The notes beneath the pieces were generated by a model. The model was not told the origin of the DNA and did not search any database. It saw nothing but the letters and a program-made list of their open reading frames with translations. Shown one piece after another: positions 11,454 to 24,510 of a stretch of DNA of 64,000 nt (position 1 is its first letter; each line of letters starts with the position of its first letter). The position numbers and the translations under genes are program-made. The stretch comes from Octopus bimaculoides. Taxonomy: Eukaryota. The stretch is taken from contig NC_068982.1 in assembly GCF_001194135.2 (NCBI RefSeq), positions 158,934,996 through 158,998,995 on the forward strand. The letters run 5' to 3'.

Positions 11454-11518
<65 letters not shown>

Positions 11519-12356
11519 TAATANNNNNNNNNNAATAATAATAATAAATAATAATAATAATAATCATTATTTGAGGAAACGAGCAAACAAAAATATCGAG
11601 ATACTTACAAATTTTCCAGACAGATGAAGGATAAATATCCAACACACTATATTGAATATATACACAGATACAACACAAGAAGGAGTTACGAAAATAGTCG
11701 AATTCTAAAATATCTTTCTTGCTACATGACACTTCTAATGGTCTTACCATTATTACTGATGATATATTAATACTGCGTAAACATCATATAGCTAGAATTT
11801 TTATATACAGCATTTCGCGAAACATTTCCTGTTTGTTTGTTTCTGTTTCACATGGTGTATGTTTTTGTTTTTGGTGTTAGTAGTTAAATAATTACGTTTT
11901 TACTTCACGCTGTAATCTCGAAAGATCAAAATTTTGTTCCATCACAAAAGGATTAACGCAGCAACTGTAGTGCAGATTACTATAATCGGATTAACTTTAA
12001 TATATTTTAATTATACTCATACATACATACATATTGGAATACAGATNNNNNNNNNNNNNNNNNNNNNNNNNNNNNNNNNNNNNNNNNNNNNNNNNNNNNN
12101 NNNNNNNNNNNNNNNNNNNNNNNNNNNNNNNNNNNNNNNNNNNNNNNNNNNNNNNNNNNNNNNNNNTATATATATATATATATATATTGATAGGTATGTA
12201 TAACTACAAACACACACAGGTAAACATAACTCTAACGCTCAGAGACGTGCATATGGACGCAAGCACTGTTCAAGCCAGTATGTGTATGAGTGAGCGTGTT
12301 TACATCTGTCTCTCACACACACTCTTTCTCTATCTATCTCTCCATCTCCTTATCTG

Positions 12357-12397
<41 letters not shown>

Positions 12398-12459
12398 TCT
12401 ACTCTATTCTATTCTATTTTATGTATCTGCCAGTGTGCCTGCTTGTCAGTCTATTTTGG

Positions 12460-12519
<60 letters not shown>

Positions 12520-12529
12520 CATACTGTTT

Positions 12530-12622
12530 TGGCTGTGTGGTAATAATCATAATCTTCGGAGCGACTAGTTTCTGAGTACACTACGACATCCTGACACTGT
12601 GGGCAAATGTCTTCTGCTATAG
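12530..12622 (+). mobile_element. Diverged tRNA-derived SINE head
   Basis: tggctgtgtggtaa...gggcaaatgtcttctgctatag matches the heads of the copies at 22457 (+) and 49842 (-). Confidence 0.6.
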
Positions 12623-12765
12623 ATTTAGTTCACGGAATTGAAAATAAGCCGTAGTGCAATGTAATTGTGTGTGTTTGTGTGCGTGTGTGTGCGTGAGAGC
12701 ATGTATAAACCTCTATGTGCGCGCGCAGTGTGTGTGTATATATACATATGTATATATATATACAT

Positions 12766-12800
<35 letters not shown>

Positions 12801-13936
12801 NNNNNNNNNNNNNNNNNNNNNNNNNNNNNNNNNNNNNNNNNNNNNNNNNNNNNNNNNNNNNNNNNNNNNNNNNNNNNNNNNNNNNNNNNNNNNNNNNNNN
12901 NNNNNNNNNNNNNNNNNNNNNNNNNNNNNNNNNNNNNNNNNNNNNNNNNNNNNNNNNNNNNNNNNNNNNNNNNNNNNNNNNNNNNNNNNNNNNNNNNNNN
13001 NNNNNNNNNNNNNNNNNNNNNNNNNNNNNNNNNNNNNNNNNNNNNNNNNNNNNNNNNNNNNNNNNNNNNNNNNNNNNNNNNNNNNNNNNNNNNNNNNNNN
13101 NNNNNNNNNNNNNNNNNNNNNNNNNNNNNNNNNNNNNNNNNNNNNNNNNNNNNNNNNNNNNNNNNNNNNNNNNNNNNNNNNNNNNNNNNNNNNNNNNNNN
13201 NNNNNNNNNNNNNNNNNNNNNNNNNNNNNNNNNNNNNNNNNNNNNNNNNNNNNNNNNNNNNNNNNNNNNNNNNNNNNNNNNNNNNNNNNNNNNNNNNNNN
13301 NNNNNNNNNNNNNNNNNNNNNNNNNNNNNNNNNNNNNNNNNNNNNNNNNNNNNNNNNNNNNNNNNNNNNNNNNNNNNNNNNNNNNNNNNNNNNNNNNNNN
13401 NNNNNNNNNNNNNNNNNNNNNNNNNNNNNNNNNNNNNNNNNNNNNNNNNNNNNNNNNNNNNNNNNNNNNNNNNNNNNNNNNNNNNNNNNNNNNNNNNNNN
13501 NNNNNNNNNNNNNNNNNNNNNNNNNNNNNNNNNNNNNNNNNNNNNNNNNNNNNNNNNNNNNNNNNNNNNNNNNNNNNNNNNNNNNNNNNNNNNNNNNNNN
13601 NNNNNNNNNNNNNNNNNNNNNNNNNNNNNNNNNNNNNNNNNNNNNNNNNNNNNNNNNNNNNNNNNNNNNNNNNNNNNNNNNNNNNNNNNNNNNNNNNNNN
13701 NNNNNNNNNNNNNNNNNNNNNNNNNNNNNNNNNNNNNNNNNNNNNNNNNNNNNNNNNNNNNNNNNNNNNNNNNNNNNNNNNNNNNNNNNNNNNNNGTTTG
13801 CCCCGAGAGTGTCGTCAGACCTCCCCTCCACTAGTCCTCTATAGAACGCATTGGTCGTTTGGAAGTTGCACAAGTTTGATCCCGGACGGCAGAGCTGTTG
13901 TAGAGCTTGGCGACACTCGCGGTGCCATATATGTAA

Positions 13937-13974
<38 letters not shown>

Positions 13975-14022
13975 GGTTCGTTTCTTTTATATTCTTTTAT
14001 ATGTTTCACCTCAAAGGCTATA

Positions 14023-14143
14023 TATACATGAATAAATGCAGACACACGGGCATACATATACACAAACATACATATATGTGAGTCTGTACATATATTCGTA
14101 TGTGTATGCGTGTGCCTGTCTTTCTGTGTGCATATGTGTGTCT
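14023..14143 (+). repeat. 121-bp direct repeat, copy 2
   Basis: Matches 10596-10716 with 2 mismatches. Confidence 0.9.
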
Positions 14144-15100
14144 GTGTGTAGCGCCAGTAAAATTTTGTCAGCGGACTGCTAGGTGAGATGAACACGCACC
14201 CGTTAGTTAATGTCTGAGTGCTGTACCATTTAGCTAAACGCCCCCCTGAAGGTTTTGCATTTGAAAATGCTAAGAGAAAAGGTGGCATGCAATTCAAAAC
14301 GGTTGCCAATGGGAGAGGAAAAAAAAGGCAATGAAAACAGCTGATTGAAAATGCATGGAGAGGAATTTACCGTGGGTTATATAGGGTGCTCTTAAGTATG
14401 ATCTATCGTAATTCGCTTTTTTTGCAGTATAACAGGATTAAAGGAAGAATGATATTCGCGCAAATGTCAAATAAACGAAATAGTAACAAGATGCTCTCTG
14501 CTATTCTTAGATACATATATAAGCTAATATTCAATATGAAAATATACACGGCCAATGCAATGAGCATTGCAAAACTAGGCCTACCTTGCGTGGAATTCAA
14601 AAGAAAGGATGTATATTTCAATATCAATATCTGTATGACAAACATACTCTGGGATCGTTAGTTGAAAATAAAAATTTTAACATCTGTTTCTGAAATATTC
14701 ATTCACACTACCTCGTGTGAGTTCTTTACTTTAAACGTCCCCGCGTCATTTAAAGCAAAACTATCGTGAGCTAGTATAATTTTAAATAAAGAAACATTAT
14801 TACGGTCATTAATGATTAGAAGAAGGTGGCTAGCTTGTTTACAACTTTAAATCAAAATATTATCAAAAATTAGAATTTAGTCGGGTATTTAAAACCCCGC
14901 TGAATCTAAATTCACTTTATATCTTGCCTGTAAAGTTGTAAACTTACTAATNNNNNNNNNNNNNNNNNNNNNNNNNNNNNNNNNNNNNNNNNNNNNNNNN
15001 NNNNNNNNNNNNNNNNNNNNNNNNNNNNNNNNNNNNNNNNNNNNNNNNNNNNNNNNNNNNNNNNNNNNNNNNNNNNNNNNNNNNNNNNNNNNNNNNNNNN

Positions 15101-15141
<41 letters not shown>

Positions 15142-15182
15142 CTATAAATGCCTCATTTTACATGCATTACATGTACTACTAA

Positions 15183-15532
15183 TAGTTTCACGTACATAAG
15201 TACGTTCATCAGGCGCTAATTACTCCAAGTGGTATGAAACCATGTTTCTGGGAAGCCTAATTGTCGTTTTTTGTTTCTTTTTTCAGAACAGCTACTTTAA
15301 ACCGCAATTTTGCCAATCATGTTACTTATAAACATGCAATTGACAGGGGGGATGGATATACGCAATTAATTTCTGTAAAATTCAATAAAATGAGTACTTC
15401 ATGATTGGCTAGATTAAAGGTTTAATGGAGTACGCTGAAAACAAAAAAAAACAATTAGGCTTCGCACAAACATGAATTTACACTACTTGGAGCAATCAGC
15501 GCCTCATGAAAGTACTTATGTACGTGAAACTA
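15183..15532. mobile_element. Foldback MITE with ~95-100 bp terminal inverted repeats
   Basis: The left arm tagtttcacgtacataagtacgttcatcaggcgctaattactccaagt...gaagcctaattgt is an imperfect reverse complement of the right arm acaattaggcttc...acttggagcaatcagcgcctcatgaaagtacttatgtacgtgaaacta. Both ends carry TA, a possible TSD. There is no ORF. Confidence 0.85.
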
Positions 15533-15644
15533 ATATTAAAGCATATAATTCATGTAATATGAAGTATTTATAGTAATATTGAATTTTACACAAATTTCGT
15601 ATATATGTATGTGTGTGTGCGTGTGTGTGTGTGTGTATCCCTCT

Positions 15645-16090
15645 TCAAGCTATAGCCATGCTGGGACACCACCTTGAAAAGTTTTAGTCGAACGTATCAA
15701 CTCCTGTTCATTTGGTTTTTATTTTTTTTTATTTAGCTTGATACTTATTCAGTCGGACTTTTTCTTGCCGAACCGCTAATTCATGGAGACGTATATACAC
15801 AGGAACCAACTGTCCAAATTTGAAGATCACGTTTGAAGATCACGTTTGTATACACACAGACACAAGAACACACTGACATACACATAAACAAAACTTACAC
15901 ATACACAGATAGTCACCCAAACATATATCTATCAAGGTTTTCGTTCAGTTTCCGTCTATGAAATCCATTCACAAAGTTTTGGTCAGCCCGAAGCTTTACC
16001 AGAAGACGGTTACCAATACTGCCACTTAGTGAGACTGAACCCGGAAACATGTAGTCGGGAAGTAAACTTTTGGCAGACAATTACACATAA
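15645..16090 (-). mobile_element. tRNA-derived SINE (diverged, CA-rich middle)
   Basis: Collinear with the 49452-49842 copy: gccatgctgg...gccgaaccgctaa...cagtttccgtct...gactgaacccggaa. Confidence 0.8.
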
Positions 16091-16232
16091 CCGTTATGTT
16101 ATATGTGTGTCTGTGTGTGTGCGTGTCTGCGCGCGCTTTTATATTTGTGTTAGCTTTGCCTGAGACAGAGCCAAAACGTACCGTACAAAAAGATAATTTG
16201 GACGATGTAATTGTGATGGTCGCGGCGGAACA

Positions 16233-16277
<45 letters not shown>

Positions 16278-17189
16278 CCAATGTATATTAATATATATAT
16301 ATATGTATGTATATGTATATATGTATGTATGTTTGAATGTATGTATCTATGTATGTATGCACTCACACTCACTCTCTGCCTCTCTCTAATACAAACACAT
16401 AGAATGTATGAATATAGACGTATAGAGTGTCTATTCAAGTATGTTCATGTGCGTTTCCTTGTGGTCGTAAGTAAGGAGATGTTCAGTGTTTGTGTACGGA
16501 GAAATCTAATAATTTAGGCCAAACATCTATAACTTTTACGCTGAAATGCAGAAAATCATACGATTTCTCAAATCATCTTATGAAATTTTAGCAAATTATA
16601 TTTGATACTAGACCGAAGCTTCTCTAACCAACACTTATATGTCACTAGATATGAAAATTACTTCTTTTGATGTTGTACAAATCCAAGGAAAGTTTAAGAC
16701 GCATCTTTTATCGATGATTTCCATCGATTTCACTTGAACAAAATTATCTTATATATGTTCAAGCTTCAAATTCTTCTTTCGCTGATAATCACATATTCTC
16801 AGATACGTCTCTGAATGAACGGAACTGTGTGTGTTTTACTACAGTGAAAGGTTTTAGTTACTGTAGCAATAAGCATCAATCATACAAATACTCTTAACTT
16901 TGAGTTTTATATCAACATAATCCGTTCGAACTACTTCACGATTTTGCTTTCGTAATATATTTTTGATATCATTTAATGTTTTCACTCGTCGGCTCGGAGT
17001 CGTATATTAGAAATATACTCAAGTGAACCAACCCTCAAACATCTGTGTCTTTCTTTAGCTAGTCTTAATTGTGTTGTGAAAAGAAAACTTATCTTTGGGG
17101 TTTACTTTTAGAATGAAGAGGAAAATAAAAATTTTATATCACATGTTTTGATCTATCATGAAAAAATTCTCGGCATAATAATAATTATA

Positions 17190-17249
<60 letters not shown>

Positions 17250-17255
17250 ATCATC

Positions 17256-17765
17256 ATCATAAAGAAAAGGTCACAGGAAACAAGGAAGCAACAATACAAT
17301 GGGATATTCCAATACACACAGATATTAAGGCCAATAGGCCAGGTATAGTTGTCAGAGATCATGAGGAAAAATGTTTTCTAGTTCATGTATCAATACCAAC
17401 AGATGACAACGTTTCTCTAAAAGAAATGGAGAAACTTTCAAAATACAAAGACATTGAAATAGAGGTAACCCGAATGTGGAGTCTAAAAACAAAATTCATT
17501 CCTATCATAGTGGGCGTATTATGTATGATAAAAAATATTTAGAGAAATACATAACAAAAACACCAGGACTAACACATATATATAACATACAGAAAATATC
17601 ACTACTAGACACTGCACACATCCTACGTAAAACACCTTCAATACAGTAACCATAAGAACATCACAGCAAACCACAACACATACCCAGGGCACGCAGAGCT
17701 GCGCTCAGTAGTGTAGTGAAAGCACGTTATATGAATAAAACTACTGAATAATAATGATAATAATA
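17256..17765 (+). mobile_element. 3' fragment of an RLE-type non-LTR retrotransposon (restriction-like endonuclease domain)
   Basis: Translates as EKVTGNKEATIQWDIPIHTDIKANRPGIVVRDHEEKCFLVHVSIPTDDNVSLKEMEKLSKYKDIEIEVTRMWSLKT...IQKISLLDTAHILRKTPSIQ*, a degenerate RPD...D...K...KY motif. A 3' UTR ending aataataatgataa follows, and (ATT)n lies upstream. Confidence 0.9.
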
Positions 17766-18721
17766 CCTTACGATGAAAGTAAACAAACAAAGTTTTTTTT
17801 TTTTTAGAAGCGTTGAGATGTATTGTAAGATGCAGAAATAAATTTATTTCTCAAACGCGTCATAATGCTATAAATAGCGTGATCAGGATAAATTATCCAT
17901 ATAATGCAGTAAAANNNNNNNNNNNNNNNNNNNNNNNNNNNNNNNNNNNNNNNNNNNNNNNNNNNNNNNNNNNNNNNNNNNNNNNNNNNNNNNNNNNNNN
18001 NNNNNNNNNNNNNNNNNNNNNNNNNNNNNNNNNNNNNNNNNNNNNNNNNNNNNNNNNNNNNNNNNNNNNNNNNNNNNNNNNNNNNNNNNNNNNNNNNNNN
18101 NNNNNNNNNNNNNNNNNNNNNNNNNNNNNNNNNNNNNNNNNNNNNNNNNNNNNNNNNNNNNNNNNNNNNNNNNNNNNNNNNNNNNNNNNNNNNNNNNNNN
18201 NNNNNNNNNNNNNNNNNNNNNNNNNNNNNNNNNNNNNNNNNNNNNNNNNNNNNNNNNNNNNNNNNNNNNNNNNNNNNNNNNNNNNNNNNNNNNNNNNNNN
18301 NNNNNNNNNNNNNNNNNNNNNNNNNNNNNNNNNNNNNNNNNNNNNNNNNNNNNNNNNNNNNNNNNNNNNNNNNNNNNNNNNNNNNNNNNNNNNNNNNNNN
18401 NNNNNNNNNNNNNNNNNNNNNNNNNNNNNNNNNNNNNNNNNNNNNNNNNNNNNNNNNNNNNNNNNNTGTATGTATGTATGTATGTATGTATGTATGTATG
18501 TATGTATGCTTGTAGGTAGGTAGGTAGGTAGGTAGGTAGGTAGGTAGGTAGGTAGGTAGGTAGGTTTAAATTCGTATCCATAGCTTGATAGATAGATAGA
18601 AAGACAGACATATAGATAGATAAATAGACAGGCAGATATATTGATACACAAACAGATAGATAGAGAGAGAGAGAGGAGAGAGAGATAGAGAAAGAGAGAG
18701 AGAGAAAGAGAGAGAGAGAGG

Positions 18722-18801
<80 letters not shown>

Positions 18802-19497
18802 TAAAGCGTATTCAAGAAATTTTGATGTATGTCTCAGTCTGCATTCCAAGCGATATCCAAACTAAGATACTGCAAATCAAAAGTCACATGCATTTATTTT
18901 TTATGATGGTTTTGGTAACGAGGCGAAGCAGTTATATGAACAAGATAGTATATACAAAAATTATGTATGATATAAAATTTATGCAAGTTTATTCAATAAT
19001 TAAAGGAAAGAAAAAACACCGGTCTGCTTCACAGAAGTTCATGTTGTATATTGGAGGAAACGGTCATATAAATGCTATGAAATAGATGGGGTTTGAAGGT
19101 CATAGAGGAACAATATTAGGTTAATATGATCTACAGTATCATTTAGGTCAACTGCTGTCTGGTCAAATATGTGAAATTTGTACTAAACAATGTGAAAATA
19201 GATTTAGATTCTAGGTGAAGCAATCACGAATATTGTCGAAAAAACAAATTATTGGGGGAAGAATGCCTAAAGAAACATAGAAATAGCATGAAATAAAAGA
19301 GAATGGGAGGAGTAGCATTATATCATATAATAGTATTTAAGTATATATGAACCCGTATATTGATTGCTACTAAAATTCCCCCAGTTGTCAAAGCGATTGT
19401 AGCTGATTAATAAGTGCACTAAAATGAACTTTATTCCTTCGATTGCTTCATACATATATAATACATGCATGCATATAAATTGTAAATACATACATAT

Positions 19498-19530
<33 letters not shown>

Positions 19531-19548
19531 ATGTGTGTGTGGGTGTGT

Positions 19549-19584
<36 letters not shown>

Positions 19585-20689
19585 AAAACACCCCGAATGC
19601 AATTAGACGGGTAGCTACCACACACTTTGGTGGTAACTCATCATCTACTTCGATTCGATGGTAAATCGTCTAACACCATCTGTCACGTACTTCAGTTCCC
19701 TCTCTAAATAGTTCAAGCCCCATGTTCTATCCAATAACAAACGCATCCATCTTGCTTTTCTCTCCATAAGGGGAGGGGTAAGAACTCAATATTCCAAAGA
19801 TGGAGAGATTACGTTTTACGAAAGAAATGGAAATATAATTAACAGTTTTACAGTAACAGACGGGCAAATGAAAAGAAACAAAGCTGATCAGAATGATGTG
19901 GTAAAACGCAAAAAAAAAAAATGAGCAATAAGAACTTTATGAAATAGATAAATTTGAAAAATGAAACAGATAAAGATGTTCGCTATGTAAAACTAGAGAG
20001 AGGTAGAAACTGAGTGAGAGAGAGAGGTAGAAACAGAGTGAGAGAGAAAGGAAAGGAAGGGGAGAGAGAGACAGACAGAGAGACAGACAGAGTAGCGCCT
20101 GACTTTCAGAATTTCTCCCATGTAAGGTAGTATTGATACTGGCTACATTTGGCGTTCAGAAGTATTTCACCTCAAAAAGTATTATCCGAGAACTTTTCCA
20201 GTGTGCAATTTCCTTGCACTGGCAGCAAAATGTCAGTTGAATCGCACGTCATATCTTCAATGAAACACAATGTTCTATGCATTTGCTGCTCTAATAGATA
20301 TAACATAACTGAAAGTGACTTCTTAATTAGAACACCTTCTAACGTCATTCAATTACTATTGCTGTGGTACTAAGCAAGAAAAATAATATTTACGGCACAC
20401 AAAATAAAATAATAATGCCTCTGGAATGTCGATCTATTTTGTTAAAAGTTAAACCCAAATTGCACAGAAATTACTATTATATACAAAATGGGGGAGCAAT
20501 TTTTGCAACAGATACCTGCACATTCAAGTTTGATTGTTAGATCAACAAACCAAATTACAACACGTATGGAATAAAAATATACATACAAAATATACGCACA
20601 TAATCACACGCACACATATTCACTCACACACACATACACATGCACACACACACATATGCATGTATCTACATATTTGTATATATCAGTCT

Positions 20690-21595
20690 GACCTCCATCT
20701 GTCTGACCTCCATCCTCTACGAAGTCATGAAATCTCTCATGAACCATCTCCTTACTTCAAATACTATATCCGACACACAGCATGGATTTCTACCCCGAAG
20801 ATCTTGCCTAAAAAATATTCTCCTACTTGAAGAGTGGATTACAAGGACCAGAGATGAAAAAGACTCGGTGGACGAGGTAATTTTGGACTTCGCAAAGGAG
20901 TTTGACTCTGTTAATCACCGACTTCTCTTACGCAGACTTCAGGCATACAAGATTCACCCATTGGTGACTTCGTGGATTTATTCTTTCCTGGGCCATCGAA
21001 CTTTTCGAGTGCAGATAAATGGAGATCTCTCCGCGGAGATGAGTGCCTGCAGCGGCGTTCCCCAGGGGTCGGTGCTGGGGCCAATATTTTTCCTTCTCTA
21101 TATCAACGACCTGCCAGATTTTCTTGATGGAAGAATGCTCTTATTTGCAGACGACGTCAAACTTGACACGACTAGGAATCAATGCGACATACTCTAATCG
21201 TTGCTGAACGGAGCTTGGAATTGGGCGGAAGAAACGGATCTGCCCTTAAACTTCACAAAATGCAGCCATTTGCCAATAGGTTCACATCAAAATTCTCCCT
21301 TGACTATTGGCCTCAAATAGCAACATCTTAAGAGGTCACTGAAGAAACGGACCTCGGCATAGTGATCGATACCACATTCAAACTAACACGGCAGTGTATT
21401 GAGGAGGCGAATACTTCCGTATTGAGGCGACTGGTATTAACTTCACTCGAACGACGGAGGATGCGGGCAGATCTCATCCTGGCTTTCAACATCTTCAACG
21501 GTAACGTAAAACTACCGTTTGAGGTGTTTTTTGACCCCTGAACAGGATATATACATTCGACAGGCTTCTGCCAGAATCCGTGTACCAAATACACC
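20690..21595 (+). mobile_element. CR1/L2-like LINE reverse transcriptase fragment (5'-truncated)
   Basis: QHGFLPRRSC, LDFAKEFDSVNH, SGVPQGSVLGPIFFLLYINDL, LFADDVKL, and downstream SLERRRMRADLILAFNIFNG. Confidence 0.92.
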
Positions 21596-21599
21596 AACA

Positions 21600-21715
21600 A
21601 GGATTTCGTCAGCCCGAGGCAATAGTAAAATCACTTGCCCAGGCTGCCACGCAGTGGGACTGATGCCGGAATCACGTGGTTGGGAAGAATGTTTCTTACC
21701 AAGCCGCTACGCCTT
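21600..21715 (-). mobile_element. tRNA-derived SINE head
   Basis: cttgcccaggctgccacgcagtgggactgatgccggaatcacgtggttgggaag...cttacca is the reverse complement of the family head. Confidence 0.8.
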
Positions 21716-22456
21716 CGCATATGTACATACATAGTGATATTATCCTAATTTTTGCACTCACATACATACATACATACATACATACATACACAAGGTACTC
21801 AGATATGTAACATAGTGCCTAAAAACCAGAAAGGATACTGGTTGATTCGAAAACTACAGATTCAAGATTTCACTGGAACTGTAAACGTCTGTAAATCTTT
21901 CTGATAAACTCTGATAAAATTTTCCAGATATTTATCATTTAGGTATGTATGAGCATATCTAGACATGAAACTATGTGAAAGAAAATAAATACATAAAACA
22001 TACAAATTTGCATTTATGCATATATACATACAAAAATACACTTCTGATGGTGTTGAAATTCCAGTGAGGAAGCCTTGAATCTTGGTTACGAACAAACTTT
22101 TCACTAATGTCAAGAAGTCTTAAAATAAAACTGAATAATGACAGCCATTCATCCATACATGCATATATGTACATAGATACATGCATAAATGCACAGGTTT
22201 ATATATTTTGGCATTAATATTGTGAAAGGGAGGGAGAGAGATTAATAGAGAGACATCCATACACGTATGCACATGTATGGATATATATTTTCAATGATGT
22301 TCAAAGATAACTGGTATCGTCAAACGACTCGAAAGAAATTGCATTAAAACTGCAGAAGGAATACTTATATCTCAAACTGTTTGTTTTAGAAATGAATCTC
22401 TGCTGCGTTATGCCAGTATCCGGTAGTATTTTAAGTAATGAATTTGCATATATAAA

Positions 22457-22745
22457 GGCTGTGTGGTAAGAAGCTTGCTTCCCAACTACTTGGACCCTGG
22501 TTCAATAGTAATGTGTGGTAACTTGGGAAAGTTTCTCCAAGTATCACCTCGGGCCGACCAAAATCTATTGAGTAGATTTAGCAGACGAAAACTGAAAAAA
22601 GCCACGTCGTCTATCTATCTATCTATCTATCTTTCTATTGGTGTGACTGTGTCCACGTAACCTAGCGGTTCGGCAAAATGGTCTGATAGAATTAGTTATA
22701 GGCTTACAAAGAAAAAGTTCTGGGGTCGATTTCTTCAACTAAAAT
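22457..22745 (+). mobile_element. tRNA-derived SINE
   Basis: ggctgtgtggtaagaagcttgcttcccaac (A-box-like), cctcgggccgacc, gcggttcggcaa, ggggtcgatt. A fragment of an oppositely oriented copy starts at ~22777 and runs into the gap. Confidence 0.85.
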
Positions 22746-23679
22746 CTCTTCTAGTCTTTTATTATTTTATTTATTTCAGTCATTTGACTGCGCCCATGGT
22801 GGAACACCGNNNNNNNNNNNNNNNNNNNNNNNNNNNNNNNNNNNNNNNNNNNNNNNNNNNNNNNNNNNNNNNNNNNNNNNNNNNNNNNNNNNNNNNNNNN
22901 NNNNNNNNNNNNNNNNNNNNNNNNNNNNNNNNNNNNNNNNNNNNNNNNNNNNNNNNNNNNNNNNNNNNNNNNNNNNNNNNNNNNNNNNNNNNNNNNNNNN
23001 NNNNNNNNNNNNNNNNNNNNNNNNNNNNNNNNNNNNNNNNNNNNNNNNNNNNNNNNNNNNNNNNNNNNNNNNNNNNNNNNNNNNNNNNNNNNNNNNNNNN
23101 NNNNNNNNNNNNNNNNNNNNNNNNNNNNNNNNNNNNNNNNNNNNNNNNNNNNNNNNNNNNNNNNNNNNNNNNNNNNNNNNNNNNNNNNNNNNNNNNNNNN
23201 NNNNNNNNNNNNNNNNNNNNNNNNNNNNNNNNNNNNNNNNNNNNNNNNNNNNNNNNNNNNNNNNNNNNNNNNNNNNNNNNNNNNNNNNNNNNNNNNNNNN
23301 NNNNNNNNNNNNNNNNNNNNNNNNNNNNNNNNNNNNNNNNNNNNNNNNNNNNNNNNNNNNNNNNNNNNNNNNNNNNNNNNNNNNNNNNNNNNNNNNNNNN
23401 NNNNNNNNNNNNNNNNNNNNATATCAAAGAATTAAGGTTCAGAAAGTAGGCGTTAATGCAGTGTCCAAACCTTGTTCCAGGGTAAGTCCCAGGTAATGTG
23501 CCTGCAGACCACAGTCATCACTTATGGCTACCAGGTTTTATCAGCGATATTGTGCGTTTGTCCTTGGATCTACGTTCGGAATTCCAGGGTGCACGTGGAG
23601 TATGTTTGAAAAGTTTATCACAGAAGACAGAGTGTAACTAACAACATTTATTTCTACAGTATATGTGTGTGCTTGCGTG

Positions 23680-23712
<33 letters not shown>

Positions 23713-23964
23713 CTGTGTGTGTGTGTGTCTGTGTATGTGTGTGTGTTTGTGTGTGTTTATGTGTGTATGTGTGTGTGTGTGTGTATGTGTGTGCATGTGT
23801 GTGTGTATGAATAAGTAATCCCGTAGTTCGTATATTTGCTCGGTAATGTTGTAATATTTTCTGAGGCGGCGATCTGACAGAATCGTTCGCACTCTGGGCA
23901 AAGTACCCAGCAGCATTTCTTCTGTCTTTAAGACTTTGTTCATATGTCTTTCATCTTTATTTTG

Positions 23965-24072
23965 TAGTTGATAGAATAAGTACATGTTTAGTGCTGGGGC
24001 ATATGAAATCGACTTACCCACTCGCTCGAAATTGGTGGCCTTGTGCGAAAAAATTTATAACCAATATTATTG
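23965..24072 (+). mobile_element. 3' fragment of SINE (same family as 348-553)
   Basis: gatagaataagtac...aatcgacttaccc...gaaattggtggccttgtgc...accaatattatt. Confidence 0.65.
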
Positions 24073-24510
24073 TATATTCGGCAAAGATATACTTGGAGCA
24101 ACATGCGTACCCACGTATAAGCAAGCATATTGAAATTTAATTGATGAATTTATGTGCAGTTATATTACCATATACATACGCATGCTTGTGTACACCTAAT
24201 CGTAAATTAACCCGCATAGATATGTAGCCAAATAAAATATAAACTGTTATAATATATACTTATATATTTATCAGAACTTTATAGCTTATATGAAAATTCT
24301 GGTCCATAAAAATTATGAAGTTCCTATTTCACCATCTAAGTTGAATAAAGTTATCACTTTGAAATTGGAACGATATGAATGTTTCGGAAATGTAAAATGT
24401 TTTCTGCAGTAATTAAGTCAATTAAGGAAAAAAACACATTCTCACAGACACACGCATCCACACCCAACGGAAACACACACATACATATGCATACACATGT
24501 GCATATAATA

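Noticed and set aside
11455-11565. Apparent duplication across a 10-N gap (also 36463-36472 and 48348-48357)
   Set aside because: Overlapping contig ends in microsatellites joined by a minimal gap; an assembly artefact.
14875-14913. acccgctgaa-like match to the 5' end of 28S rRNA, within a weak inverted repeat
   Set aside because: Too short and imperfect, with no further rRNA similarity.
16650-16700. 'TSFDVV' resembling the Penelope RT motif SFDV
   Set aside because: No other Penelope motifs nearby in any frame that I could see.
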